The notes under the pieces were generated by a model. That model saw nothing but the letters and a program-made list of their open reading frames with translations, was not told where the DNA came from and did no database searches. Below are positions 27,554-37,592 of a stretch of DNA of 64,000 nt, one piece after another (position 1 is the stretch's first letter; the number at the start of each line of letters is the position of its first letter). Source of the stretch: Candidatus Babeliales bacterium (GTDB taxonomy: Bacteria > Babelota > Babeliae > Babelales > RVW-14); the NCBI GenBank assembly GCA_019746485.1, contig JAIERW010000022.1:3280-67279 (forward strand). Reading direction: 5' to 3'. A program made the translations under genes and the position numbers.

Positions 27554-29275
27554 TTAGCGTGGTTGTGCTGTCGTTGGTTGTGCTGGTTGAGCAGTTCTTG
27601 TTAGGTCTCTGAGTGCACCTTGAACGCGTTGTTGTGCTGCTTCAAGTTCTGCTTTTGAAGAATCTGCTTTTATGCTAAGGGCGGCTGAGCTTCCTGGTGA
27701 TGGGGTTTTTTCTGGTTGTACCAATGTTGCCCCCGGTTGTTGCGTTGCTAAAACCCCAGTATGTTGTTGCGGTGCAGGGGTAACGGTAAATGATTGTGGT
27801 TGTGTTGATTGTGCTGAAGTTCTAAGCAGAGCTTGTCCTGGTAGTGGAGCTGAAGCAGATGGACTTACCAAAACTCCTTGTTGTGGTTCTGATACAACGG
27901 CTGTGTGCGCAGGTGGTAGTGGTGCCGTTGTAGTACGCGTTAATACTTGTCCTTGTGGTGCTATTGGTGTCTCTTTAGCTTCCAAATGGTAGCCAAGTAT
28001 TTCGCCGCGCGTTTTATTGGTTGTAAAGATTTTTTGTTCAAGTTTTTCTTGTGAAGTACTGAGCTCTTGAACTTGTTTTTTAGCAGAATCTACATTTTTA
28101 ACGGCGTTGTCGTAAGCCTTTTGTGCATTTTTGTCTTGTGGGTTAGCTTGAAGAGCACTGCGTGCAGCATCAACATCTGTTTCATATTTTTTTTGAAGTT
28201 GTTGTTGTTGAGTCAATTTGCTGCCTAGTTTTTGCCCATCAACTAATTGCTGAGCAAGCTTGTCATTGAGTGCTTGAAAACTTTTCTTTTGGTCTTTTGG
28301 TAAAAGGTTATAAAGTTTTACTTCTGCGTCAAAACGTGCTTTTTTTGCAGCTTCTAGTTGTTGTGGCGTTGTTGCATTTGCAAAATCAGTTTTTGTTTTA
28401 TTGATGATTGCATGCTGCTCGAGTTGTGCTTTTTGGAGAGGCGTTGCGGCTGCTGGGTCAACTACTATTTTTTCCCTAACGCTTGGGGCATAAGTTCCAG
28501 TTTTAAGAGTGCTTGCGCTTTGTTGTAGTTGTACCGCTTCTTTTTCTTTACCCTGCATTTGGAGTAAAAATGCCTGCGTTTTTAAAACTTCTTTCTCTTT
28601 TGCTGCTTGAACAATTTTAGGAGCGTTTTGACTTTTTGCCTGCGCAAGACTTGCTTGGGCTGCGGCGTGTTCTTTTTGAGCAATGGAGATAGCCCCTTTG
28701 GTATCGCCAAGCGCTTTTAACTTGTCCGCTTCCAAGAGTCTATTTCTTGAAGCCTCTGAGGCGGCGGTTTCTCTGACCTCTTCTTTTGTGAGTATCCGTT
28801 TACTTGGAGCTACGTACACCCCTGTTGCGGTTAGTTTTGCTTTATCTCGATCAAGCTTGGCTTGAACAAGGCTGCCTTGTTCGCTGAGAGGTTGTGCAGT
28901 TTTTGTTGGTCTAAAGTACGAAACAATACGAGCAAAGAAGCTTGGTTTTCCTATATCTTTGAGCGGTGGAGTACTTGGTGTGAAGGGCGTGCTAAGCCCT
29001 GTAGGGCGTGGTGTCGGTTGCGATGTTGGCACTGTTGGCCTAAAGCTTGAAGGCGATATTCCTGGAGCTTCAGTTGGGGTTGTGGCACCTCGGCGTGTAG
29101 GCAATGCTCTGCCTGCAGGGCCTGCTGGCTTACTTGTCCACATACTTGCATCAAGAGGTCTTGCTTCGCTCATTGGTGGGCGTCCTTGGCTTGCACCATG
29201 AACATACAGCGATATTCCAAACAAAACGACGGTCAAGCTGACCCAAAGTCGAACTTCTTTTTTTAACGGATTCAT
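27554..29275 (-). CDS. Membrane-anchored or secreted protein with P/T-rich and Q/P-rich disordered ends and a long A/Q/K-rich coiled-coil centre
   Basis: Start at MNPLKK, preceded by GGGGGA. TM or signal segment LWVSLTVVLFGISLYVHGA. I recognise no enzymatic motif. Confidence 0.7.
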   Translation of the reverse strand: MNPLKKEVRLWVSLTVVLFGISLYVHGASQGRPPMSEARPLDASMWTSKPAGPAGRALPTRRGATTPTEAPGISPSSFRPTVPTSQPTPRPTGLSTPFTPSTPPLKDIGKPSFFARIVSYFRPTKTAQPLSEQGSLVQAKLDRDKAKLTATGVYVAPSKRILTKEEVRETAASEASRNRLLEADKLKALGDTKGAISIAQKEHAAAQASLAQAKSQNAPKIVQAAKEKEVLKTQAFLLQMQGKEKEAVQLQQSASTLKTGTYAPSVREKIVVDPAAATPLQKAQLEQHAIINKTKTDFANATTPQQLEAAKKARFDAEVKLYNLLPKDQKKSFQALNDKLAQQLVDGQKLGSKLTQQQQLQKKYETDVDAARSALQANPQDKNAQKAYDNAVKNVDSAKKQVQELSTSQEKLEQKIFTTNKTRGEILGYHLEAKETPIAPQGQVLTRTTTAPLPPAHTAVVSEPQQGVLVSPSASAPLPGQALLRTSAQSTQPQSFTVTPAPQQHTGVLATQQPGATLVQPEKTPSPGSSAALSIKADSSKAELEAAQQRVQGALRDLTRTAQPAQPTTAQPR

Positions 29276-29393
29276 ACTATCCCCCAACCCATTTAAAAAT
29301 TTTAGAATGCTTTACAGACTACCTTCATGATAATAATTTTTGCATGTGCAAAGCAATAGTTTGGCAAAGGGTGGTGAGTAGTAAGTAGCTACA

Positions 29394-29432
29394 TAAAAAA
29401 ACGGCGACGCATAATGACTATGTGCCGCCGTT
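29394..29432 (-). terminator. Intrinsic terminator downstream of the folC-like gene
   Basis: On the minus strand the hairpin AACGGCGGCACATAGTCATTATGCGTCGCCGTT is followed by TTTTTTT. Confidence 0.7.
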
Positions 29433-29461
29433 ACTTTTAGGGGAAAAGTTAAAGTACTAGG

Positions 29462-30871
29462 TTAGAATTTCTTAATGCCGCGATAATTCCAATATTCGCT
29501 AATCAATTCTGGCGAACCTGAAATACAGATCATGCCATCGCGTTCATCAACCGCAGACTTTGTTTGCTCAAAAGCTTCTTTAAAGTTTGCGCATGCTTTT
29601 GCTTTAACGTTCAACTCTTTTGCCATGAGGGCAAGGTCTTGAGCGTCGTGGCAGGCAACTGAGCCAGGGATTGGTACAAAGAAAATTTGGCCGCTGACTT
29701 TTTTAAGCAAATAACGAATAAGCTTGATAGCTTCCATGGCATTAATGGCTTTATGCAAACCAATAACAATGCCAAGGCCTTTGAGCGGCTTTTGGTAATG
29801 AACCAAACGAATACCCAAGAACAAGTTAGTTAATGCATCCAAGTTGCTAGCATTGTCTAACAAAATGGTTGGTTTTTCTTTATCTAATAATTCAAAGCGA
29901 CCACGAAGCAGATCGAACTGTTCTGTCCAAAAACCTTTGAGGGTTTTAATTGGGTGCAGTTCTGCGTGACGTTTAGCTTCAAGGGTTGGGCGACCGCGTT
30001 GGCCTTTTTGGGTTGCCAAGAGGTTGCCGCGTAAAAATGGTGAAAATTTACCTTTAACATCTTCAACATAAATTTGAGCAATACGTTCCCCAAGGGAAGC
30101 TATACGGCCATAAAGTTGTTCAAAAATGTAAGGGAGATTGGCAAGTTTTCTGATTGGCATAGCCCAGAGTGCGCCGTGGGTGTCTATCCAGTTTTTCATT
30201 TTTTGAAGGCGAATTTTGCTTTGTTCTGCTGAAATGAACCAGGTGCCTTCTTTTGCTATTTCCAACATTTCAAATGCTGCTTGGTCAAGGTCTGGGCTTA
30301 AAAGGCCAACTTGATCTTCAGCGATGCGGGTAATTGCTGCAATTTTTGGTTTTAAAATGTTAGCTGCGTCTAGTTTTCCGCCGTAGCTAATTTCAAAAAT
30401 TGCCACATCAACTTTTTCTTCTGTCAGGTTGAGTAATGAAGCCATAAGAATAACTTCATAAGCCGTTGCCTTAATATTGTGCAACTCGGTAGCATTAATA
30501 ACTTCGTTAACGGTATCGGTAAACGGTTTGTTGCCGATAGGTTGAAAGTCTACAATCATGCGTTCGTTGTAGTTCAAGAAATGGGAAGAGTAGGTTGCTG
30601 CAACTTTAAAGCCTTCTTCTTTTAAAAGCTTGGCGGCAAAGTGTATGGTTGAACTCTTACCATTTGTTCCACAAACTAAGATTGACTCGGTTTTTGTTGA
30701 TGGATGGCCAAAGGCTTTATCCAGTTCTTTCATACGATCAAGGGCATCTTGACCATATTCATAGCGAACAAGGCTGTCCAGGTGTTCAACCACTTCGCTA
30801 TAACTGCGGATCTTACCTAAGGTCGTTGTGCCTTTTTTCTTGGCTCTATCAACGCTTGTTATCATTGTCAT
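29462..30871 (-). CDS. folC: Mur-ligase-family protein, FolC-like (folylpolyglutamate/dihydrofolate synthase)
   Basis: P-loop VCGTNGKSST. SSHFLNYNERM corresponds to TSPHLxxxxERI. FEISYGGKLDAAN corresponds to EVGLGGRLDATN. Confidence 0.65.
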   Translation of the reverse strand: MTMITSVDRAKKKGTTTLGKIRSYSEVVEHLDSLVRYEYGQDALDRMKELDKAFGHPSTKTESILVCGTNGKSSTIHFAAKLLKEEGFKVAATYSSHFLNYNERMIVDFQPIGNKPFTDTVNEVINATELHNIKATAYEVILMASLLNLTEEKVDVAIFEISYGGKLDAANILKPKIAAITRIAEDQVGLLSPDLDQAAFEMLEIAKEGTWFISAEQSKIRLQKMKNWIDTHGALWAMPIRKLANLPYIFEQLYGRIASLGERIAQIYVEDVKGKFSPFLRGNLLATQKGQRGRPTLEAKRHAELHPIKTLKGFWTEQFDLLRGRFELLDKEKPTILLDNASNLDALTNLFLGIRLVHYQKPLKGLGIVIGLHKAINAMEAIKLIRYLLKKVSGQIFFVPIPGSVACHDAQDLALMAKELNVKAKACANFKEAFEQTKSAVDERDGMICISGSPELISEYWNYRGIKKF

Positions 30872-31174
30872 GGCTTTAGCCTTTCTTTAATTTCTTAACT
30901 ATTCTCTTTTTTAAGTTCATTACTATTACTTCTATCTCTAGTGTTTCTAAATTTTTAGTACAAAAATAACCGTTTGGTTGTTTTTTTCTGAACTAAGATA
31001 CATAATTCTTTAAAGCTAGATCAATTTTGTTAATCCAGCTAGTATTTAATTTATATTTCAAATCTATGGTATATGTTCAATTTAAAATTTATAGCGTTAT
31101 TTCAATGATAGGTTATAATTGGCGGATTGTCAAACGCATAATAATCACCTATTCGAACGATTGGTAATTGACAA

Positions 31175-31846
31175 ATGGATACAAATAGTAACAATAAATA
31201 CTCAAGAAAAATAATATCCTGGCAGGATGAAGCAACAATTTCCCGTTTGAAAGAATCTCTTGACCATGACAGTTTGTCAATAGTAGATTCTGATACGGTT
31301 TTGGGTCTTCTTGCCAATCTGAAACAATCAAGTTTTCAGGCATTAAACATCACAAAAGGGGACCGGGGCGATAAGCCGTACTTAATTTTGATTGGCGGTC
31401 TTGACAGGCTGTCACATTTTGTTGATCCGTCAACAATAAACCTGCCATTGCAGCGGATGCTTTTACATTGTTGGCCGGGGCCCGTTACCGTCATTTTTAA
31501 GGCAAAAAGCGGCCTGCCGGTTCATGTGGTGGCCCAAGACGGCACTATTGCGTTACGTTGCCCACTTTTTGACCCACTTTTGCGCCTTTTGGCTCATTTT
31601 GAGGGGTTATTTTCCACCAGTGCTAATAAAAGCGGGTGTCCCGTGCCTGGCAGTTTGAATGAGGTTGACAATGCGTTAATGCAGGCTGTTTCGTGGGCAG
31701 TTATTGACAACCAAAGAGCCTCAGGGCAAACTGGGCAGCCATCAACAATTATTGATTGTTCTGGCAATAAAATTCGTGTGGTTAGAGAGGGTGCATATCC
31801 TGTTGAGGAGCTTGAGCGATACTATGAATCAGCATTTGAAAAATGA
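31175..31846 (+). CDS. tsaC: L-threonylcarbamoyladenylate synthase (TsaC/YrdC/Sua5 family)
   Basis: DSDTVLGLLANL, KGDRGDKPYLILI, WPGPVTVIF, FSTSANKSG and PSTIIDCSGNKIRVVREG. Confidence 0.88.
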   Translation: MDTNSNNKYSRKIISWQDEATISRLKESLDHDSLSIVDSDTVLGLLANLKQSSFQALNITKGDRGDKPYLILIGGLDRLSHFVDPSTINLPLQRMLLHCWPGPVTVIFKAKSGLPVHVVAQDGTIALRCPLFDPLLRLLAHFEGLFSTSANKSGCPVPGSLNEVDNALMQAVSWAVIDNQRASGQTGQPSTIIDCSGNKIRVVREGAYPVEELERYYESAFEK

Positions 31847-32789
31847 TCTATTTTCACCGCAATTAGTGACCGATGCCTGGCATTTAATTGAAAGTGTTAA
31901 CGCTATTACCTTGCTCACTCACCAAAAGCCGGATGCTGATGGCATGTCGGCATGTGCGGCAATGTCTGCGCTGCTTGAAAAAATGGGTAAGTCGGTTGAG
32001 GTGGTGTACCCATCTGAGCCTGAAATACCACTCAAGCGCCAGGGTGCAAACGTGTTGGTAAACAAACATAAGCAAGAGCCTGATTTGTTAATTATGTTTG
32101 ATACGGCAAATTATGAACGGTTGTATTATCCGTCCGCGTTTCACGAAATCCCCAGCATTAATATTGATCATCACATAAGCAACAGTATTAAAGCGACCAT
32201 CAACTTGATTACTGACCAAGTTTCAAGTACCTGCGAGCAGCTTTATTTGTTGTTGTACTGGTGGGGCCAGCAAGTTGATACGTACATTGCCGAATGTTTA
32301 TTGTTTGGTATGCTCTACGACTGCCAAGTTTTTCATACACAATCTACCCGCCCGCGCACATTGCGCGTTGCTGCCGACCTAGTTGACGCAGGCGCCAATT
32401 TGTTTGAGTTGATGGGCGAGTTGTTGTTTAACAAAAAACCAGAAATTATTACCTTGTGGGGCCGGCTGTTAAGCTCGGTTACTTTTGCGCCCAACCGCAA
32501 AGCTGCCTGGTCGGTTATTCGACAAAAAGATTTGCAAAGCCTTGGTTTGACGCTGAGTTCTACTGTTGGCTTTAGCAACTTTTTAGCTCAGCTTGCCGAC
32601 ATTGATATTACGATTTTGTTTTATGAAGAACAGAACGGCAAAACAAAAGTTTCGCTGCGTTCCAAACAGGCCGATGTTAACAAGTTAGCGGCTCATTTTG
32701 GTGGTGGTGGGCACAAAAATGCATCTGGCATTTCAATTGACAAGCCAATTGATGAAGTAGTGAGGGATGTTACGAGTTTGTTGCAATAA
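31824..32789 (+). CDS. nrnA: DHH/DHHA1 phosphoesterase (NrnA-like oligoribonuclease/pAp phosphatase)
   Basis: THQKPDADGMSA, NIDHHISN and GGGGHKNASG. I use the start MNQHLKND at 31824, which overlaps the tsaC end by 23 nt. The upstream part of the track ORF (from 31704) is the tsaC alternate frame. Confidence 0.85.
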   Translation: MNQHLKNDLFSPQLVTDAWHLIESVNAITLLTHQKPDADGMSACAAMSALLEKMGKSVEVVYPSEPEIPLKRQGANVLVNKHKQEPDLLIMFDTANYERLYYPSAFHEIPSINIDHHISNSIKATINLITDQVSSTCEQLYLLLYWWGQQVDTYIAECLLFGMLYDCQVFHTQSTRPRTLRVAADLVDAGANLFELMGELLFNKKPEIITLWGRLLSSVTFAPNRKAAWSVIRQKDLQSLGLTLSSTVGFSNFLAQLADIDITILFYEEQNGKTKVSLRSKQADVNKLAAHFGGGGHKNASGISIDKPIDEVVRDVTSLLQ

Positions 32790-32817
32790 AAAAAGCTTAA
32801 CAACATCGGGAATAAAC

Positions 32818-33705
32818 ATGATTAAAAAAATTTCAACAGTACTTTCATGTACGCTATTGCTTGCAAATTCAGCGTGGGCAGCAACATTTTCTTTGTCTCC
32901 TGAAGAGCGTGAAAAAATCATAGAGCGCGAACTTGATCGGTGTGAGGGACCGCGCCGTTGGCGCCCGTGGTCAAACGAGGAATATTGTAAGAACATGGCG
33001 CAACCATGGACAGGCAAAACCCCCTTGCATATAGCGATAGAAAAAGGTTACTTAGCAGAGATTCGCACCTTTGCTGCGCAAGGTTACGACCTCAATACTG
33101 CTAATCGGTGGGGTGAAACCTTTTTGCACGATGCAGCGGAGTTGCGCAAATCAGAGGTCTTTGATTTGTTGATTGAGCTTGGTGCTAATCGCTATGTCGG
33201 CGACAAAAAAGGTCGGCTTGCCTGGCCAGAGCGCCAAATGGTGTTGGCGGCACAAGTAGGCGACCTTGAGGTAATGCAGCAGTTGTACGCACCTGGTGCG
33301 AGCCTTGAGGCTTACATGTGGAATTTTCACAATAAAGTTGGGTTGTCCGTGCTACACTTGCTCGTGCTGAGTCGCAACTACGAAGCGTTGCGGTGGGCAT
33401 GCACTGAATTGCGCAGAAAATTCAAATCTCTTAATCCTACGTGTGGGGTTGGCTATGAAAAATGGACGCCGCTTTACTATGCCGAGTATCTGCACGATGA
33501 GCAAGCACAGGAAATTTTGCGTGATTTTAAAGCCCATGTTCGGTATGGGCAGCAGGAAGTGCGTGAAAATGAGCTAGAAGATGATCATGCTCAGCTACCA
33601 CCACATGAAAAATTTGCACTTGGTAGTAGCGTTAAGGCTCTTGAGTCGGTTCCTGGAGGGATTTCTTATAATAGTTCGAGTAACGATGGTTGTTGTATTC
33701 AATAG
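32818..33705 (+). CDS. Secreted ankyrin-repeat protein, type A, ending in the CaaX box CCIQ
   Basis: Signal peptide MIKKISTVLSCTLLLANSAWA. TPLHIAIEKGY. Family motif GRLAWPERQMVLAAQVGDLEVM. The C-terminus is ...SSSNDGCCIQ* (33691-33702). Confidence 0.88.
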   Translation: MIKKISTVLSCTLLLANSAWAATFSLSPEEREKIIERELDRCEGPRRWRPWSNEEYCKNMAQPWTGKTPLHIAIEKGYLAEIRTFAAQGYDLNTANRWGETFLHDAAELRKSEVFDLLIELGANRYVGDKKGRLAWPERQMVLAAQVGDLEVMQQLYAPGASLEAYMWNFHNKVGLSVLHLLVLSRNYEALRWACTELRRKFKSLNPTCGVGYEKWTPLYYAEYLHDEQAQEILRDFKAHVRYGQQEVRENELEDDHAQLPPHEKFALGSSVKALESVPGGISYNSSSNDGCCIQ

Positions 33706-33723
33706 AAAAATATAGGAGTAACT

Positions 33724-34653
33724 ATGATTTCAAAAGTTTCAAAAGTAGTAGCACTTTCTTTATTGCTCGGTAGCCCCGTGTGGGCAGCGTCGAGCAGTTC
33801 ACGAGTGGGTGGGGGCTTGAGCAGCGTGTGCACGTCTGGCGAGAAATGCTTTCTTGCCGTTGAGCGTGGCAATACCACAGCGCTTGCCAAACATTTGCTT
33901 TCGTTACAAATGTCTGCCGATGATGTGCGCAAGCCTCATGGTTCGACATTGCTGCACTGGGCAGTGCTGCATGAACAGCTTGGCGTGATCAAGTGGTTGG
34001 GTGAAAACGGCGATTCTGACTTGGTTAATGCACAAGACAACAAAGGCCGTACCCCCCTGCATCTTGCGGCAAAAAAAAGACAAGTGAGTATCGTCAAGGC
34101 TTTATGGGAGTATTTTGAGGGTGTTGATCTTAACATCCAAGATGAAACTGGTGCAACTCCGGTGCATGGTGCGGTGATGGCAGGGCTCAAAGATACGGTG
34201 CTTTATTTGTGTGAACGTTTTGGGCTTGATGTTGATGTGCGTGATTTTACCGGCTTTACGCCATTGCGCTATGCGACCATAGATCGCTTTGCAAGTATTG
34301 CCGAGCAATTGGCAGTTGTTGATGCACTGATCAAGTGTGGTGCTAACAAAAATGCCTTCAATGCTGCTCCCTATGCTCGTCTGTGCTTTGCAGCGGCTCA
34401 AGGCAATGTGCTAGGCATGAGTGCTGCACTGACAATGGGTGCCGATCTTAACGCACCAGATGCCAAGGGTTGTTCGCCGTTGCATTATGCGGTAATGAGC
34501 AAAAATCTTAATGCAATTGCATTTTTATTAGAACGGCGTGTTCTTATTGACGTAAAAAATAATGCCGGTGAAACGCCATACAACATTGCAGAACAATTGC
34601 AAGATGAGGGTGCAAAGCAGCTTTTGCGGTTTTATTCTGAGCAGTCACGTTAA
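33724..34653 (+). CDS. Secreted ankyrin-repeat protein, type B (no CaaX box)
   Basis: Signal peptide MISKVSKVVALSLLLGSPVWA followed by ASSSS. At least 6 ankyrin repeats (GRTPLHLAAKK, GATPVHGAV, GFTPLRYAT, GCSPLHYAV, GETPYNIA). Confidence 0.88.
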   Translation: MISKVSKVVALSLLLGSPVWAASSSSRVGGGLSSVCTSGEKCFLAVERGNTTALAKHLLSLQMSADDVRKPHGSTLLHWAVLHEQLGVIKWLGENGDSDLVNAQDNKGRTPLHLAAKKRQVSIVKALWEYFEGVDLNIQDETGATPVHGAVMAGLKDTVLYLCERFGLDVDVRDFTGFTPLRYATIDRFASIAEQLAVVDALIKCGANKNAFNAAPYARLCFAAAQGNVLGMSAALTMGADLNAPDAKGCSPLHYAVMSKNLNAIAFLLERRVLIDVKNNAGETPYNIAEQLQDEGAKQLLRFYSEQSR

Positions 34654-34682
34654 CCAAAACTAACTAACAAGGAAAAATATTT

Positions 34683-35561
34683 ATGATAAAAATTACAAAA
34701 GCGTTATTGTGTGTATTGTTGTTGAATGCTGGCCTCTGGGCGGCAAGTTCGTCAAGTTCATTGAGTTTGTCAGATATTTGGGAGGCAAGTTCGTCGAATT
34801 CATTGAGTTTGTCAGAGAGTGAAACAGAAAAGCTTACGGGCGCGATGAAAGAGTTGTCAATCTATGACCGTTACTCTGAAGCGGATAAGTATAGGATTTG
34901 GCAGCAAACGCCTCTTCATACTGCTGCACGCAAGGGTGATATACCTGCCATCATAACCTTAGTTGTTGAGCAAGGAGCATCAATACAGGCAGTTGATTTT
35001 CTGGGTCATACCCCGCTGCATTGTGCTGCTATATATCAGCACAAGCGGCCAGAAGTTTTTGATTTGTTACTTGAGCTGGGTGCCGACCGGTACGCTGTCG
35101 ACAAAGATGGTAAACTTGCTTGGCCAGAAAGGCAAATGTTATTGGCTGCAAAAGCTGGCGACCTTGCGGTGATGGTAAGGCTTTATGAGTACGATGCAAG
35201 CCTTATTGAAGCTCGCGATTTCAGTGTGGTACCAGGAGGCCCGAGTTCAGATGTTTTGCACTATCTTGTATTGAGCCGCAACTACGCGGCTTTGCTTTGG
35301 GCGTGCCAAGAGCTTAAGAAGCGGGGTAAATATTTTTCTTCTTGTGGGAGTCACTGGACCCCGTTGCAATTGGCTGCTGTTTACCAAGATCGGAAAGCAT
35401 GGGATATAGTGCGCCAGTTTGATAATGATTCAAGAACGTCTTGGAATATGGCACATATGGAGCCGTGGTGTGGTAAATATATAACTACGTACTATGCCGA
35501 TGGAGGCGCTGTGACGCGGCCGCGGTATCCGTCCAAGAGCGGTGGATGTTCAATTCAGTAA
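34683..35561 (+). CDS. Secreted ankyrin-repeat protein, type A, ending in the CaaX box CSIQ
   Basis: Signal peptide MIKITKALLCVLLLNAGLWA followed by ASSSSS. GKLAWPERQMLLAAKAGDLAVM. The C-terminus is ...SKSGGCSIQ* (35547-35558). Confidence 0.88.
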   Translation: MIKITKALLCVLLLNAGLWAASSSSSLSLSDIWEASSSNSLSLSESETEKLTGAMKELSIYDRYSEADKYRIWQQTPLHTAARKGDIPAIITLVVEQGASIQAVDFLGHTPLHCAAIYQHKRPEVFDLLLELGADRYAVDKDGKLAWPERQMLLAAKAGDLAVMVRLYEYDASLIEARDFSVVPGGPSSDVLHYLVLSRNYAALLWACQELKKRGKYFSSCGSHWTPLQLAAVYQDRKAWDIVRQFDNDSRTSWNMAHMEPWCGKYITTYYADGGAVTRPRYPSKSGGCSIQ

Positions 35562-35589
35562 AAAAAGCTTATCACGTTCAGGATTAACT

Positions 35590-36657
35590 ATGATTTTAAA
35601 AGTTTCAAAAATATTAGTAGGTGTTTTGTTGCTGGGCAACTCAGTGTGGGCGGCTTCAGGCTCATGGACAAGCAACCTTGATGAGTTTGAGCGTGCACGG
35701 GTAACTGACGAAAAAATGTTTATTGCCGTTGAGTTGGGCAACACAACAAAGCTCGCAGAGTTGCTGCTTTCGTCACAAGCTTCTGCCGGTGACGTGCGCA
35801 ATTACGATGGTGCAACGCTGCTGCACTGGGCGGTACGCCATGGCAAGCTTGATGTTATCGAGTGGTTGCGAAATACCTGTGCGCCAGGTTTTGTAAACGT
35901 GCAAGACAACAAAGGTCGTACAGCATTGCACTATGCAGCAGAAAAAGGGAATGTTGGTGTGGTTAAAGCCTTATGCGAAAACTTTGAGCGCATCAACGTT
36001 AACGCTCAAGATGAGACTGGTGCCACACCCTTGCACGATGCGGCTTTTTTTCGTTCGTCAGCGGCTTTTTGTTGGCTGGTTCAAAACAGAAAAGATATCG
36101 CTTTCAATGCGCAGGACCAAGCAGGTGCCACGCCTTTGCATTATGCGGTGCAAGCGGGACTCAAAGATGCCGTACTTTGTTTGTGTGAACACGGCGATCG
36201 TTTCGGGCTTGATGTTAATGCGCGTGATCTTACCGGTTCCACGCCATTGCACTATGCAACAATAGATCGCTTTAAAGATATTGCTGAGCAATGTGCCGTT
36301 GCTGGTGCACTGATCAAGCGTGGTGCTAACAAAAATGCGCTCAATGTGAAGCGTGAAATGGCACTTGCTCCCCATGCTCGCCTGTGCCTTGCGGCATTTC
36401 TGGGCAATGTTGAAGCAATGAGTGCTGCGCATGCGTTGGGGGCCAATCTTCAGGTACAAGATGCCAAGGGTTGCACGCCGTTGCATTATGCGGTAATGAG
36501 CAAAAATATCTACGCGATGGAATTTTTGTTAGGTCATCGTGTTCAGATTGTGGTAAAAAATAATGCCGGTGCAACGCCAATGAGTATTGCGCAACAGTTG
36601 CAAGATGAAGGTGCCGTGAAGATGCTGAATCTTTTTATCAGGGCGAGCGCGCGTTAA
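35590..36657 (+). CDS. Secreted ankyrin-repeat protein, type B (no CaaX box)
   Basis: Start at MILKVSKILVGVLLLGNSVWA. Collinear with 33724-34653, including FIAVELGNTTKLAELLLSSQASAGDVRNYDGATLLHWAV versus FLAVERGNTTALAKHLLSLQMSADDVRKPHGSTLLHWAV. Confidence 0.85.
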   Translation: MILKVSKILVGVLLLGNSVWAASGSWTSNLDEFERARVTDEKMFIAVELGNTTKLAELLLSSQASAGDVRNYDGATLLHWAVRHGKLDVIEWLRNTCAPGFVNVQDNKGRTALHYAAEKGNVGVVKALCENFERINVNAQDETGATPLHDAAFFRSSAAFCWLVQNRKDIAFNAQDQAGATPLHYAVQAGLKDAVLCLCEHGDRFGLDVNARDLTGSTPLHYATIDRFKDIAEQCAVAGALIKRGANKNALNVKREMALAPHARLCLAAFLGNVEAMSAAHALGANLQVQDAKGCTPLHYAVMSKNIYAMEFLLGHRVQIVVKNNAGATPMSIAQQLQDEGAVKMLNLFIRASAR

Positions 36658-36686
36658 ACAACATTAACTAACGAGGAAAAATAGTT

Positions 36687-37574
36687 ATGATAAAAATTAC
36701 AAAAGTCTTGTTGTGTGCTTTGTTGTTGAATGCTGGTCTTTGGGCTGTTGCGCCGAGCAGTTCGTCAAGAGAAGAAACAGAAGAGCTTGCTGCAGCAGTG
36801 GCTGGGTTGTCCCTTGATGATGCTTCTTGTAACTCTTTGAAGCAAACACTGCTTCATCGTGCGGCCGAACAGGGTAATATACAAGCTATTTACCAGTTGG
36901 TTGTTGAGCAAGGAGCTCCAATGAACGTGGGTGATTGGATGGGTCAGACCCCGCTGCATTATGCGGCTATACGTCAGTATAAGCGGCCAGAGGTGTTTGA
37001 CTTATTGATTGAGTTGGGTGCTGACCGGTACGCGTGCAACAATTGCGGTAAGCTTGCTTGGCCAGAAAGACAAATGCTTTCTGCTGCCGCGTCTGGCAAT
37101 CTTGAAGTTATACAAAGGTTGGTTGACGCAGGTGCTGAATTGGATGTGGATGATGTATTTCAAAATAGGAATCATGTTTTGCACTTTCTTGCGGCGAGTC
37201 GCAATCATGAAGCTTTGCGCTGGGCGTGCCAAGTTATGCGTGACAGCAAGAAAAAATCGGTTGATGTCGAGAATTATGACTGGGTTACGCCGCTGCACGT
37301 AGCTGCATATTATAAAGATAAAGTGGCAATGGAAATATTGATATCGTTTGGTGCCGACAAGTCCAAGTGTGCTCGTGGTGCCTCGTGGGAGAATTATTGG
37401 CACTATCTTGGCGATGAAGTTACGTTTGCCGATGGAGCCAAAGTTAAGGGGCTGCTGCCGCCGCCAACGGTTATTCTCAAGGGTGGTAAATTAAGTAATA
37501 TGACGGCTGATTACCACAATGGCCAAGTTGTACAGTATGGAAATGGTGGTGGTGGTGATTGCGCGCTGTTGTAA
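36687..37574 (+). CDS. Secreted ankyrin-repeat protein, type A, ending in the CaaX box CALL
   Basis: Signal peptide MIKITKVLLCALLLNAGLWA. The leader DNA is nearly identical to that of 34683. GKLAWPERQMLSAAASGNLEVI. The C-terminus is ...GGGGDCALL* (37560-37571). Confidence 0.88.
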   Translation: MIKITKVLLCALLLNAGLWAVAPSSSSREETEELAAAVAGLSLDDASCNSLKQTLLHRAAEQGNIQAIYQLVVEQGAPMNVGDWMGQTPLHYAAIRQYKRPEVFDLLIELGADRYACNNCGKLAWPERQMLSAAASGNLEVIQRLVDAGAELDVDDVFQNRNHVLHFLAASRNHEALRWACQVMRDSKKKSVDVENYDWVTPLHVAAYYKDKVAMEILISFGADKSKCARGASWENYWHYLGDEVTFADGAKVKGLLPPPTVILKGGKLSNMTADYHNGQVVQYGNGGGGDCALL

Positions 37575-37592
37575 ATTAAGATTGGAATAACT

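Noticed and set aside
31704-31823. Upstream extension of the nrnA-like ORF (track start 31704), which overlaps 143 nt of tsaC.
   Set aside because: The extension is the alternate frame of the well-supported tsaC C-terminus (PSTIIDCSGNKIRVVREG). The DHH protein family begins near the MNQHLKND start at 31824.
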